Part shown: positions 34,752-46,888 of the stretch, in pieces
How positions within the stretch are numbered: position 1 is the stretch's first letter
Layout: every line of letters begins with the position of its first letter
NCBI GenBank assembly: GCA_963833425.1
Contig: CAWHXP010000008.1
Location: 244,578 to 308,577 of the forward strand
Length of the DNA: 64,000 nucleotides
Reading direction: 5' to 3'
From: an uncultured Methanosarcinaceae archaeon
GTDB taxonomy: Archaea; Halobacteriota; Methanosarcinia; Methanosarcinales; Methanosarcinaceae
Program-made: the position numbers and the translations under genes
Notes under the pieces: generated by a model
Database searches by the model: none
The model's input: only the letters and a program-made list of their open reading frames with translations
What the model was told of the DNA's origin: nothing

Positions 34752-36069
34752 ATTTAACGGATATATTAGGAAATATCAGGCAGTCAACCTGTATCACAAG
34801 CACAGGCTTTAAGAAAAGCTCACAGCTTAATTTCTTTTACTGAATGCATGGATTTACCCTTTTGGCAGCTGACGAAATGGCTGTAATAGGCTGAGAATAG
34901 GTCATTAAAACTACATTATTACTTATCAAATATCTTTAATCCTTAAATATACAAGTTCCTTTGAGTCAATAGAAACAAAAAATTATATTACCTTTTAACG
35001 CAAATTAGTCAATTATAACCTGTCAATAGGCTTTACTTTCTTGCGTCATGTTTATATTCGCAGGATTAATTCTTATATGTGGTTGTCAAATTTGATGGGG
35101 ACGAGCAAATTTTTGAAAAAAAGGTTAACTTTTAAAATAACTTTCATGTAAAAAGGCGACAAAAATTGCCCTTACCAGGCTTAAAAAAGCTATTTAAACC
35201 TTATATTCAATTAACGAATTAAGTATACTTTTGAACACCATATCTGTTAAAGGATAAGATTTTGAGTTGTTCGAACTCGTTTCAGATCCTATATCGAATC
35301 GAACACGTAAAATTCAATATAATATCAACCACGGAATATAAGGAAACATTGAGCTTAATCTTCCTTTTTTCCGTGCTTTCAGCGATTCACTTTTTCATTA
35401 AAATTATAGTCAACGAATGGATTAAGTGCACTTTTGACTTTATTCTCGAAATAAAATCTGAATTATAAAATGAAAGATTCTCTTAGATGCTATATTTGAT
35501 GGAACACAAAATGAGAATAAGCCAGACCAAGGAAGAGATTATTTATAACTCCAATAATTGTTTTATCTTCATAGGAAACAATCTTTAGTGTTTTTTATTC
35601 GCATAAAAGAAGAATAAAAGCTGCACTTGTCGGTAATTTGTCGGGTACTTCACAATCCAAAACTACCTTTTCTTTTGTGGCTATAACGTTAGCGAATTGA
35701 TATCACATCCTCTTCCATTCTTTCTTGCTCAATCACCATCAAAATACAAGGTTCCATCAAAATTGGTATTTGAGACTTTCTAATATCTTCTCGTGTAGCA
35801 AAATTTAAATTAATTCCGCTAGTAATCAATTACATTTAATCAAAAACTCAAAAAATAACCAAAATTCTCTGAAAAAATTGTATTTTTTGGACAGCTACAT
35901 GATTAGTTATATTAAAACATTGTAGCATTTGCTAAAAAAATCCAAGGGAATGTAACAAGTCGAGATAACCGACTGAGTCAATTCAAAACACAGAAAATAA
36001 TAAAAAATTTCTGACAAAAAAGAAGAAAGGATAAAATAAATGCCCGAGTTTCTAGAAGCTGGCTTCAAC

Positions 36070-36870
36070 TAAGAGCTGTTCTTTTTCCCCCATTTTGATA
36101 AGAGTCAAGCATATGCGCTGTGAGACTTCTTTATCAATAAGTTTCCTGCTTATACATGCCTGCAAAAGACCAGATTGGATGATTTCCAACAAGATGCTGT
36201 ACGAGGGTTCCGGCTTGGTTTTAGGGCTCAAGAAATCGCGAAGAATTTCGATATCTTTACAGATTTTTTCCGAGCAGGCCTCAGAAAGGAAGCGAGATGC
36301 TGCATTGAGATAATGTATCCGGATACGAAACTAAGGTCACTTTTTAATAAGAGATATATTTTGTAAGAAGTCTTTCGCAGAAGACTTCACCGAGTTTTTT
36401 CCTTGCTTCTTCAGGATCCAGGCCTGTACCTATGAATTTTGCCGACAAGCCCATGGATTAGAGAGCACAGGTAAATTTGTTTGCTCTTGGAGATGCAGGT
36501 TTTCTGCAGCATACGGGTTTCAAGATATTTTCCGATATCTGTGCGGCAGAGTCTGATCAGGTCTTAGATATCAGGAGCATTTCTCGAATAACAGCTATTT
36601 CCTTTGTGCATCAAGCGATCTGTTGGTGAGAAAGAAGGTCAGCGTCCTATTTATTATAGGCGCAAGCTCCCTGAAAATTCTGAGACCATCTGGGCATTTT
36701 GATGGTAAGGAGTTGCCTTTCCCTCGTAATCCGTCATTATTCGTCACAGTCGAATATTACTGCAGCCTCCAGAGCTTCTCCGGTCTTTTCCTGCGTTGAG
36801 ATATACTTTGACGCAGAATCCGAGTGCTGGATGCACATTACCTTGGGAAAGATTGTTTTCCTGCTCATGA
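36070..36870 (-). pseudogene. Decayed coding sequence of unknown function
   Basis: Higher-GC block with protein-like fragments in shifting frames (e.g. FIGTGLDPEEARKKLGEVFCERLL; SEACSEKICKDIEILRDFLSP); family not recognised. Confidence 0.35.
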
Positions 36871-37563
36871 AATCCAATCCTCGTAGCTACACCGAAGAAA
36901 CTTTTAAACTTCATTCTTTATATACCCACAGAGAAGCCATTTTTTTAACCATAGAATAGTTAATAATACCAGAAGAAATGTTTACTTCTGGATAAATTGT
37001 TTCGTTAGCAGTGGGTTGATAGATTGATATAGGTCTTGTTACTAGAAATAGTCGTTTTCCAACTATTATTATATTTCTGGCCTGAAACATTGAATTTGCC
37101 GGAGAAAAATTTTCTTCAATTAAACTTAGTATTAAAGATCAAAGATAGAAATTTTAGGATGTCCAAAGGACTGTAATCTATTTTAAAATCGAGTGATTTT
37201 CAATTTTGCAACCGTTACTGAACATCGATTTTCTCTAAATAAAATCTGGAAATATTTTATAAAAATAAAAATATAATTTTTTTCAAATTAAAGTAAAAAT
37301 ATTAATAATTTGATCGAAACTAAGAATATATATATGTTTTTACTTTACAAATCTGCTATCAATGAGGATAATATAAATATAATATTTGTCAGTAAAAACT
37401 ATTGTCTCAGCATCCAATTTTTGTAGTTGGAGAATATGGATACAGAGATTCTCAGATTTTACAGAACTTCCCGTAAACTACCAAAAAAATCCTAGTAAAA
37501 AAGATCTGTTTATTATTGACGGTTCAATTTCCCGAAGGGAAAAAGGCAAATGACTGATTGTTT

Positions 37564-38550
37564 ATGGACGAGAATATCATACATGTAAATGACCTTGAGT
37601 ATTTTTTCGGCGAGGTGAAGACGGTCGATAACATCAATTTTACAGTTCGGGAAGGAGAGGTATTTTCTTTTCTCGGACCAAATGGAGCAGGGAAAAGTAC
37701 TGTGATCAATGTCCTTACTACTCTTCTGCCTATGCAGAAGGGAAACGTAAGTATTGCAGGGTATGATCTGAGAACACAGCCTGAAAAAGTGAGGGAGTCC
37801 ATAGGTATTGTTTTTCAGGAGACGACCCTTGACAGAAATATGACTGTGAGGGAGATCCTAGAATATCATGGAAGGCTCTATTCCATGCCAAAAACTGCAA
37901 GGCGGGTTCGAGTTGATGAACTGCTTGACTTGGTCGAGCTCGAAGGAAAACGTGATACTCTAACAAGGTATCTAAGCGGTGGAATGAAACGCAGGCTTGA
38001 GATCGCAAGAGGGCTTATGACGAAGCCGAGAGTGCTTTTCATGGACGAGCCTACACTAGGGCTCGACCTTCAGACAAGGATAAGGATTTGGGATTATGTA
38101 AAGGGTATTAACCAGCAAGGTACAACCGTTTTTTTAACAACCCATTATATGGATGAAGCTGATCATCTCAGTGATAGGATAAGCATTATAGATCATGGGA
38201 AGATAATTGTCGCGGGCAAGCCCTGGGAATTAAAAAACGCTCTTGGAAAGGATCTTATATACTTGGAAACTAGCGACAACTCGGGGGCCGGAGAACTGCT
38301 GAAGAAGCTAGGCAGTGTAAAAGGTATTAAGGAAAAAACGAAAGGGATAGTTGTTATGGTCAATGTGGATGGCACATATTTGCTTCCTGAGATCATGGAT
38401 GAGCTTCGAACTGGTGGGATTACAATCAAGGCCGTTAACCTAAAAAAACCATCAATAGATGATGTTTTTGTCCATTATACCGGGAGAGAATTAAGAGATG
38501 TAGAAACAGAAAAGGGTTATGAAGTATATTGGAAGGCAAGAGGACATTAA
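37564..38550 (+). CDS. ABC-2 type (DrrA-like) exporter ATP-binding protein
   Basis: GPNGAGKST, LSGGMKRRLEIARG, FMDEPTLGLD, TTHYMDEA and C-terminal KPSIDDVF..YTG. Confidence 0.93.
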   Translation: MDENIIHVNDLEYFFGEVKTVDNINFTVREGEVFSFLGPNGAGKSTVINVLTTLLPMQKGNVSIAGYDLRTQPEKVRESIGIVFQETTLDRNMTVREILEYHGRLYSMPKTARRVRVDELLDLVELEGKRDTLTRYLSGGMKRRLEIARGLMTKPRVLFMDEPTLGLDLQTRIRIWDYVKGINQQGTTVFLTTHYMDEADHLSDRISIIDHGKIIVAGKPWELKNALGKDLIYLETSDNSGAGELLKKLGSVKGIKEKTKGIVVMVNVDGTYLLPEIMDELRTGGITIKAVNLKKPSIDDVFVHYTGRELRDVETEKGYEVYWKARGH

Positions 38551-38553
38551 GCT

Positions 38554-39258
38554 ATGCATACCGGATTTCTTACTATTTATTGGCGAGAAATGCTAAGATT
38601 TGTCCGATTTCCAGCCCTGCTGTTCGCTACACTTATCCAGCCTGCCCTATGGCTAGCTTTTTTGGAATTGCAATGTCAAATAGTTTTGATAGGCTGCCAC
38701 CAACCTTGCCCCGATTCTAGGCATCAGGACGGTAGGCTTCCTGACCTTCATAGCTGCAGGCGTTATTGCCATGAACACGATTTTTACGAGCCTCTTAGGA
38801 GGAACTGTGTTGCTCTTCGGACTCTGATTGGATTCAAATTTTTTGAAGGTTACACTGAGCTACAGGTTTTTGTTTCATTGTTTGATTTATGCTTTTTATA
38901 GGGATATTTTCTCTCGGATTTATTTTTCTTTCAGTTGCGATCGCAATAACTATGGACAGTCCGGAATGTATGTGAACAGTAATAACTCTGCTTAATATAC
39001 CTTTCTTTTTCACGAGCAATGCACTTTACCCTGTGAACTTTTTCCCCCTATATTCAGAGCTCTGTCCGCAGTAAATCCACTAAATTATCTCATCAATGGG
39101 ATCAGATATTTCAAATAGGAAACGATTTCTCACCAATAGGAATCTATTACACTTATACTCAGGGAGAAGTTCTTGTTTCGTTTTTAGATCTTGGGGCTTT
39201 TGCAGGAATAATGCTTCTTGTTTCGCAGCGAAGATTGAACAAGGTTACCGTTTTATGA
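38554..39258 (+). pseudogene. ABC-2 type permease, frameshifted and internally deleted
   Basis: YWREMLRF..LIQPALWL; later FLTFIAAGVIAM, PFFFTSNALYPV and NPLNY in other frames. Confidence 0.8.
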
Positions 39259-39427
39259 GTCAAGTACCCGAAAATACAAGAGAATGCTACCATAAAAGAC
39301 TGCTAGCATTAAAGGAATAATTTGAAGGTATGTAACCACACTAGTACGGTAAAAATCAAACTTGCGTTTGTGTACATCGTTGCAAGTAACGGGTTATGTT
39401 CGCGCCGGCGTTCCTTTTAAAGTTTTA

Positions 39428-39966
39428 TTAGCAGATAGAAAAGACTGAATTCATTTCATCTATAGCAGGTGGATACGCTGGATTCTTATCAACAGTTATT
39501 ACTCTTGGAATTTGATTATGATTCGAACTTGAAGCTTTCTTAAAGAATCTCTTCGCCGCTTTTCGGTTTCGTTTTGCACTTAACATGAAATCGATTGTAT
39601 CTCCATTTAAGTCAACTGCTCGGTAAAAATATTTCCATTTACCTTGTACTTTGATATAGGTTTCATCAACTCTCCACGAATAGTTTGTGGGTCTGAAATG
39701 TCTTCTTATATTCTTTTCTATTTCAGGGGAATATTGATGCACTCATCTCATTATAGTACTGTGATCAACTTGAATTCCTCTTTCTATCATCATTTCCTTT
39801 AAATTTCTATAGCTCAGTAGGTATTTTAAGTACCATATCACCTTCAATAGGATAATTTCTCCTTCATAATGCTTCCATTTAAAGGAATTAGATAGCAATT
39901 ACTATCTATCTTTGGTTTTCTTTTTATTCTATTGTATCATTAGAAAGGATTTTTTGCAACGGAACC
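39428..39966 (-). mobile_element. IS6 family element, truncated (one end plus 5' part of the transposase)
   Basis: End GGTTCCGTTGCAAA at 39966; FKWKHY, LSYRNL.EMM.ERG..VDHSTI, WRVDETYIKV.GKW.Y.YRAVD and ITVDKNPAY; internal stop; the other end is not found. Confidence 0.9.
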
Positions 39967-39973
39967 GTCAATC

Positions 39974-40381
39974 CTAACGATTTCTTTTTAATTTAATTAA
40001 CACCTCTTTCATTGAAATGCGAGAAGAAGGCTCATGTGCAAATTCTGCTAATTGCTTTAGGCGTGATACTTTTTTCTTTATGGCTGCTTCTCTTAAGCTT
40101 AACAGCGAAGAACCAATCGTAATAAAGTGATTTCGATCAGTACCTGGAGTGTACTGCACGAGATCAAAAGCGGGATAGGATCCTCCACGAGCAAAAGCTA
40201 CTATTGAGGGGTCTGAACAGATCTGATCACCGATGTGATTTCGATTTTTAAAATGAGGTTCATTATCATATCCTTCGATCTCTATGTCCAGATGGTACAT
40301 TTTACCAGAAGAAGACATAGGGCACTCAAATTCGCCCCAATAATAGATTAAGTCATTTTCATGCCCTGCTTTGGTACTCAT
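39974..40381 (-). CDS. Hypothetical protein (135 aa)
   Basis: ATG-initiated ORF with protein-like composition; no motif recognised. Confidence 0.45.
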   Translation of the reverse strand: MSTKAGHENDLIYYWGEFECPMSSSGKMYHLDIEIEGYDNEPHFKNRNHIGDQICSDPSIVAFARGGSYPAFDLVQYTPGTDRNHFITIGSSLLSLREAAIKKKVSRLKQLAEFAHEPSSRISMKEVLIKLKRNR

Positions 40382-40705
40382 ATACAGATTTCAATGAGTG
40401 TATATGGATACCAAGACAAGACCAATATCAAGAAATCTGTATAAACTTTTTTGCACATAATCTTCGATTATCGAGACATGACGCATTCTCACGATTTTTG
40501 GAATGGTACTTCAGTTGCCTTAAAGAGACCGCTGAAACAGGGATAAATTATGTGAATAATGGCAAATATGAATATATTGATTCGTGTGACGAGTTGATGT
40601 TGTTATATACTATGAGTATGTTGCACGGTAAAAAATGGGAAGGGGAAAACTGGGTAAGGTCAGTTCTTGGGTATTATTAGTGCGAGTTCTCGCTCAATCA
40701 TTCTG

Positions 40706-40833
40706 TCACAATTTGGCACTCCAACCGAACTCTCGGAAACGTTCGACGAACTTCTCAGGTTATCGCCAAGGTAAATAACGGCTTGTCCATGCAAAGGCCG
40801 TGAGACTCTGTCATCAGGTGACCAGAAATTTAT
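40706..40833 (-). pseudogene. C-terminal remnant of a phage-type DNA N6-adenine methyltransferase (Dam family)
   Basis: INFWSPDDRVSRPLHGQAVIYLGDN / PEKFVERFREFGWSAKL*, resembling the F...P.QGQAV.Y.G....F...F..FG tail. Confidence 0.55.
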
Positions 40834-40923
40834 AAAGGTAAATCGAAATCCTTTATAAAAGTTAAAATAAACCAGGAGCTGAAAGTAAAAAGAAATTGTA
40901 AGAGAGATTTCAGTTTCAGTATT

Positions 40924-42021
40924 TCAAGTAAACTCGTAGTTGCACCTGCCTCCCTCAGGATCAAAACATCGATTACAGGATACACACATTGCCCTTTTAG
41001 CTTTCCCAAACTTAAGTTTCGAGACAAGATCTGGCTCGCAGATTAATGGCCTACTCATGGAAACCAAATCTGCAAACCCTCCTTCAAGCAGATTTTTCAT
41101 AACAGAAAGGGACCGAATGCCCCCTACAAGCATTACAGGGATATTTACTGCTTTTTTTATTGCTTTAGAATATTCTCTAAAATATGCTTCTTCAACAGGA
41201 GAATTAATTGCGGTTCTTACGGTTGCTTCCCCTGCCTCACTTATCCCTCCACTAACTTCAATTGAGCACACTCCAGCTTTCTCCAGAAGTTTTGCAGTCT
41301 CCATAACTTGCAAAATAGTAATTCCAAGCTCTGTTTTTTGCGAACCCGGCTTGAAACCATCCGTTGCATTCAATTTGACAAAAATAGGGAAATCAGCTCC
41401 AGCTAGTTCTTTTATTCGCTTGACAATCTCTGTTACTATTCTTGCTCTGTTTTCCACTGAGCCACCCCAGTGATCAGCTCTTCTATTTGTATATGGGGAA
41501 ATGAAATTACTTAAAAGGAAGCCATGGGCACAATGGAGCTGTACGCCGTCAAAACCTGCTTTTTTTGCCCGGATAGCTGCTTTTGTAAAGGCCTCAATTA
41601 CTTCCAGTATTTCCTGTTCAGTCATTTCCCTAGGTACAACTCCCGAGAATTCATCTTTGATTTCTGAAGGAGCCATAGGGACCGGGTATTCTTCAGAAAT
41701 TGCTGCCTGCCTCCCTCCATGCACTATCTGAAGTACAATTTTGCTTCTGTACCTGTGCACCATTTCGGTTATCTTCATATAGGGTTCAATAAAACGATCA
41801 TCATAGATTCCTTGCTGGTAAATCACACTCTGGCCACTAGGAAGTACATAAGAAAATCCTGTTATGATCAACCCGACGTCATTTTTTGCAAGTTCCTCGT
41901 AGAGATTCCCTAACTTTGAAGTGGGCTTTCCATCTTTTTCAGCCATGGATTCATGTGTTGCGGCTCTTACAAATCGATTCTTGAGATCCATGTTGCATAA
42001 GGTGATTGGATCAAAAATCAT
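40924..42021 (-). CDS. NADH:flavin oxidoreductase (Old Yellow Enzyme family)
   Basis: KNRFVRAATHE, LQIVHGGRQ, AGFDGVQLHCAHGFLLSNFISP..N.R.D.WGGS.ENR, VGGIRS, SRPLICEP and CVSCNRC. Confidence 0.95.
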   Translation of the reverse strand: MIFDPITLCNMDLKNRFVRAATHESMAEKDGKPTSKLGNLYEELAKNDVGLIITGFSYVLPSGQSVIYQQGIYDDRFIEPYMKITEMVHRYRSKIVLQIVHGGRQAAISEEYPVPMAPSEIKDEFSGVVPREMTEQEILEVIEAFTKAAIRAKKAGFDGVQLHCAHGFLLSNFISPYTNRRADHWGGSVENRARIVTEIVKRIKELAGADFPIFVKLNATDGFKPGSQKTELGITILQVMETAKLLEKAGVCSIEVSGGISEAGEATVRTAINSPVEEAYFREYSKAIKKAVNIPVMLVGGIRSLSVMKNLLEGGFADLVSMSRPLICEPDLVSKLKFGKAKRAMCVSCNRCFDPEGGRCNYEFT

Positions 42022-42990
42022 GGAAAATAGTAAGAGAGAGCAGGATAAATAATTATCCAGCATTCCTAAAAAAGAAAGTTTTTACCCAATAATTTTTTGA
42101 TAACTCGATCATTCCATATAAGAAAATAGACTGAAGCCTTTTCCTACCCGCCAATAAATGACTTAATTTCAGTTCTACAGTAGGTTTCTAATTTTCCTTG
42201 GTGGACACCCATCCTACTCAAAAAAAGGCTTAATTAGTTCCACAATCTATCTTATGCTGCTTTATTAAATGAGCCTATGTGGCTAGGCTGATCTTAAATT
42301 TCAAAAAAGTTGATCTTGTAGCTGCAGGGGGTCCTTGCCTGCAGCTGAGAGAATGCCCAAGTAAAGGTTCCAGAAAACCTTTGAATTAAAACTAGATTTA
42401 ATTTTATATATATTTTTTGCATATATTCTAAATAATACTAACCTAAACTAATTAGTAATTGAAATTACGTATTCCATATCTCGTAATTGTAGCATAAGAT
42501 AACGTTCAATGTTAGTCAATAAATGACTTAATCTCAGGTCCTACAACAGACTGATAATTAATTCTAAGTGAATACCTAACTCACTTGAGAAAGTGCCATA
42601 AATCGCCCCACAAACGCTCTTCTCCTGCTCTAGATATTACCAGAATTCGTGTTTTATTATGTTTTTTTAAATTATTATATTTGAATTTTTATTATTTTAA
42701 AGTAATATAAGTATATAAAAAAAATCTCATGGGTACTTACCGTGCAAATCCGGCAAAATATGGGGATTCAGTTTTGTCGAAAAACGACTTGTTCTCAGGC
42801 TACTTGTGAGACTTTTATTGAGAGTTTCATGTAAAAATCATTGCTCTGCTTAGAAAATGTCTCTAACGACCTTATAATGGCTCATATTTGAATTGACGCC
42901 TATAAACCTCGCTTCTATGCAAAATAAAACGAACTAAATATTAAATACAAGACTAACTAATATTAATTGTAAAGTAAAAACGGTGAACTT

Positions 42991-43080
42991 ATGGCACGCC
43001 CTTGTAAATTAACTCCTAAAATACAACAACGAATCGATGAAAATATTGCGTTAGAACTCACATATTCTTGGGCTGCCTGA
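42991..43080 (+). pseudogene. Terminase small-subunit-like HTH protein, N-terminal remnant (copy 2)
   Basis: MARPCKLTPKIQQRIDENIALELTYSWAA* behind a GGTGA RBS. Confidence 0.55.
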
Positions 43081-43141
43081 TGTCCCTGAAGCAGTATTCT
43101 TAGCAAACTTTTGCGGGCTTATGGATGTAAAAGATTAGAAG

Positions 43142-43362
43142 AAGGAGTTTTTAGACCCCTTACTTTTTAACTGTTTTTAGGACGTTGGATACTTATTTCA
43201 AATAATTCCTACTTACTTAGCTTGATTGCTTTAAACACCAATTACAGTATTAAATACTACAATTGATACTTTAAGCAATCAAGTTAAGTAAGTAGAAATT
43301 ATTTGAAATAAGTATCCAACGTCCTAAAAACAGTTAAAAAGTAAGGAGTCGAAAAACTCCTT
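43142..43362. repeat. 221-bp near-perfect palindrome (110-bp arms, 1-nt centre at 43252)
   Basis: The arms align without gaps, with 10 mismatches in 110 positions. Confidence 0.97.
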
Positions 43363-44410
43363 TTTATTTTTGATTTTGGCAGTGTACCTGGTGGATATGG
43401 TAGTGAACCTTATGGAACAATAGAAACACCAAATTTGGAATCTAACGGCCATACGGCTAAATATTTAAGGAAACATAAACACCATACAACCAAACACCAT
43501 AAAACAGGAAAAAAACACTTAGTATTAAAGTAGATAGAAAATAGTTGGATTTCTAGATAGGGTATCCACATCGAAAGCGTTGGACATCCTGTATTACAAT
43601 TTTGAAAATGAAACAACATTTGGTATTAATATTTTAACAAAAAGATCAGTTAGACTGTAAATAAACTTGTTTGTTTAAAATCAAATCTGTATGTGTTTCT
43701 CTATACTTTTAGGTTTGTGAGTGTTAGGGTTAATAGTGTAGATCTACAAATTTTGAATATTTTATTCATATTACCTGATCTTGTAGACAGCTAAAGTAAT
43801 AAATTTAAGAAGAAGGTCAAAAGTAAACGGCATCTTTTTTGAGATTGGGGTATGTAGTACTAATGGGGAAATAACAGAATTAATCACATATGCCGAATAA
43901 GCTAAAGTAACTTATTATTATATGAGTAAATGTTGGTAAAATGATAAATTAGTATATTTTTCAGAAGTACTCTGGATAACCCGCATGATGAACAATAATA
44001 TTGATTCAAAATAGAGAATTTGAAATAGAGCTTAAAAATTAAACATATCTGGTATACTTTGCAATCAAATAGCTTTATGGTGTACGCCACGCAATGTATA
44101 CCATATGTTCACGCAATGGAATACACAATACTTTTCTTAATATGAACTGATATTTTCACGTATCTAAACAGTTTAGCCATGATTTAACTTTTAAGTAGTT
44201 CATTATAATAGATATAGAGTTACAGCTAAATGTTTATAATCCACTGGAGCTACTTTTGGGCAATTAATTGTTACTCGTTCATCAACTCCTACACCCACTC
44301 CAATGTCAAAGCAAAAAAGATCCAAACAACGTTAAGAAATAGTATTTACTTAGAACTATCAACAATATTTTTAGAGTCGAGTTAGAACTCTCAAGCGGTA
44401 ATATCTAGAT

Positions 44411-45324
44411 ATGTATTGGCTTATTTATGCATTTTCCGGGCCCGTTATGTGGGCGCTATCCACGCACGTCGATAAGTATCTGTTGGAGCGCTATTTCAAA
44501 CAGGGAAGCGTCGCGGTGCTGATGGTCTTTACTGCGATCATCGGTGCTCTTGCCTTGCCCTTTGTCTGGCTTTTCCAGCCTGGTGTAGTTGCATTGGACC
44601 ATGAATCTATGGCAGTCATAGCAGCTTCGGGAATCCTTTACATGAGTGCGATCTATTTCTACCTCCAGGCATTGCAGACTGAGGAGGCATCGACGATCGC
44701 ACCATTCTTCCAAGCGGCAGGAGTCTTCGGGCTTATCCTGGGATATTTATTCCTTGGGGAACAAATTTCTTATTCCCAAATCATGGGCGTTTTGCTGATC
44801 ATTGCTGGATCGGTTATCCTTTCTTTGAGGTTTGGGCAAGGCACCAGCCACGTTAAAAAACAGCTGTTTATTTTGATGCTTTTTTGTGCCCTGGCGATTT
44901 CGCTGAGTTCGCTTATTTTTAAATTCTTTGCTGTACGTGATGAATTCTGGACCACCACTTTCTGGAACTTCTTTGGCCAGGCATTGTTTGGAGTGATTTT
45001 AATGTTGGCTGCCGAAAACCGCAAACAATTTTCAGAGATGATTCATGCCAATGCAGGAGCTTTGCTTTCTGTGAATATAGCAAATGAATTGATTAACACC
45101 TTGGTGGCAACCTAGGTGTGAGCTACACGCTTCTTCTAGCGCCCCTGGGAATCGTGCAGACTATTTCCAGTACAACTTCGTTTTTCGTTCTCTTCTTCGG
45201 CGTCATCCTTTCTCTCTTTTTCCCGAATCTCGCAAGAGAGGAGATCAGCATTAGCGGCCTCATGCAAAAAATCATAGCCACTATCCTTGTTGTTGCTGGA
45301 GTTCTATTGATTAACCTGCAATAG
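44411..45324 (+). pseudogene. EamA/DMT family transporter with a single frameshift near 45097
   Basis: About ten hydrophobic segments; ALSTHVDKYLL, EEASTIAPFFQ, FLGEQIS. Removing 2 nt in ATTAAC-AC-CTTGGT restores INLGGNLGVSYTLLLAPLG. Confidence 0.85.
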
Positions 45325-45645
45325 TGGCAGATTATTCAAGTGGATACTTAGGGATATGCCATGGACAGTTTTGGGTGATTTTAGGTCCACTGGCGCTTCC
45401 ATTGTATCGCAAAATCTGCCTTGTGCACATGCTATATCTGGGATCCGCTGTCAAAGCTTAAAGCCCGACCTACTAGAGGCATATAGAACTACCCTTATTG
45501 CGTAAGTAGCGGGAATTAGCTTTTGGATATTGGTTCCTATCTCCATTCAGTAATCAGCACTTGCAACCAACTCAAGATGTAATTTTATCCATATACGAAG
45601 AATTATGTTATCAAACATTCTCGTAAGCTTTTTAAGCCGTAGTTT

Positions 45646-46419
45646 GTGTTTAATGCGCATGCCCTTGCTAAATCTATACTTTCTCGCCTTCGAGATTCTG
45701 GTTTTAGTGCTTTTTCTGGCCTGTTTGCAAAATGCATGGCAATCAGGCTCCTGTATGACCTGGAAACTTCTTGTCGGGGTGCTCTTCGGCTTGCTGCTGG
45801 AATAGGCTACAATCCAACATCTCAACGCCTACGAGTACGGATGCTTTCTGTAATGATTGTGACGACTGTCCCTGTAGTCATTGGGGTGGCCTGGGGAACT
45901 ATCATCTACAGCGCTCGCTCCCTTTCCTATAAAATCAACCTTCCAGAATGGGCACGACCGGTTCTCGATGGCCCGATGGCCTTGAACATCGACCTTTCCA
46001 TGAATGCAATAGCCATCCTCCTGGGTTGTGTTCTCATTTTCAGCAAGCCTTCGATTGCTATCAAAGCTCTCTGACTTCTGAGGACATTGGTTTCCCCCTG
46101 CAGGAGCTATAATCTGCTGCACTACGGGCGTGCTCATTAACAACCATCTCATTACCCACATTCCCATTGACCTGACGCATTCTCTACTATCATTGCAGTC
46201 TTAGGATGTGTTCTGCTATTGATGTTGGCATTACGCTCAGAAGTCTCGATCCAGTATCATGCTGCATTTGTCTTTCTTGTGCCTCTCGGATTTCATGCCT
46301 ATTCCCTGATAGCAGGATTAGTTTCAAGCGCCATCCTGGACTCACCCTTTATGCTAGTGGTAAGTAAAGTTGTGAGCATAATAGCACTTGGGCTTAATCT
46401 AGATACTCTAAATTACTGA
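45646..46419 (+). pseudogene. Decayed integral membrane protein of unknown family
   Basis: Higher-GC block with successive hydrophobic fragments in different frames. Confidence 0.4.
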
Positions 46420-46888
46420 TATCGGTCTAATAGAAAAAGTAAGTAATTGACCACAGACTAGTCTCCATCTTAAAATCCTTTTATGCCCGTCTTTTAAGGG
46501 CCGACCCAACGAGGGAGCATTACAAACGAACAAATCTAACTAGGGGGGTGAAAAATCAAACGTTATGTACAATGTGAATAGCGGCATAAAAATGTCCAAT
46601 TATGACGGGATTTCTCCATACTTCATATATCATGAAGTACACTTTTAAATGATTATTGATTATATTTTTATAATCGCAAATACTTGGATTTTGTGTTAGG
46701 AGTATTCTGGAAACAACGATCTTGTCCTTGAACTATTATCAACAACTTAAGACGAATTTCTATGAAAAGAAGAGTAAAAGTATTAATCTGTATAATCTCG
46801 CTTCTCAAATGCAGAAATTTACTTATTTTTTTATAATTGGTCAATAAATAAATGACAAAAATTAGGACTTTAAAGTGTCGTCTGAATT

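Noticed and set aside
45113..45115. Pyrrolysine read-through of the TAG in the EamA gene
   Set aside because: The downstream half is in another frame; the TAG results from a 2-nt insertion.
46480..46575. attC-like site ending in CGTTATGTAC
   Set aside because: No complementary left end could be found.
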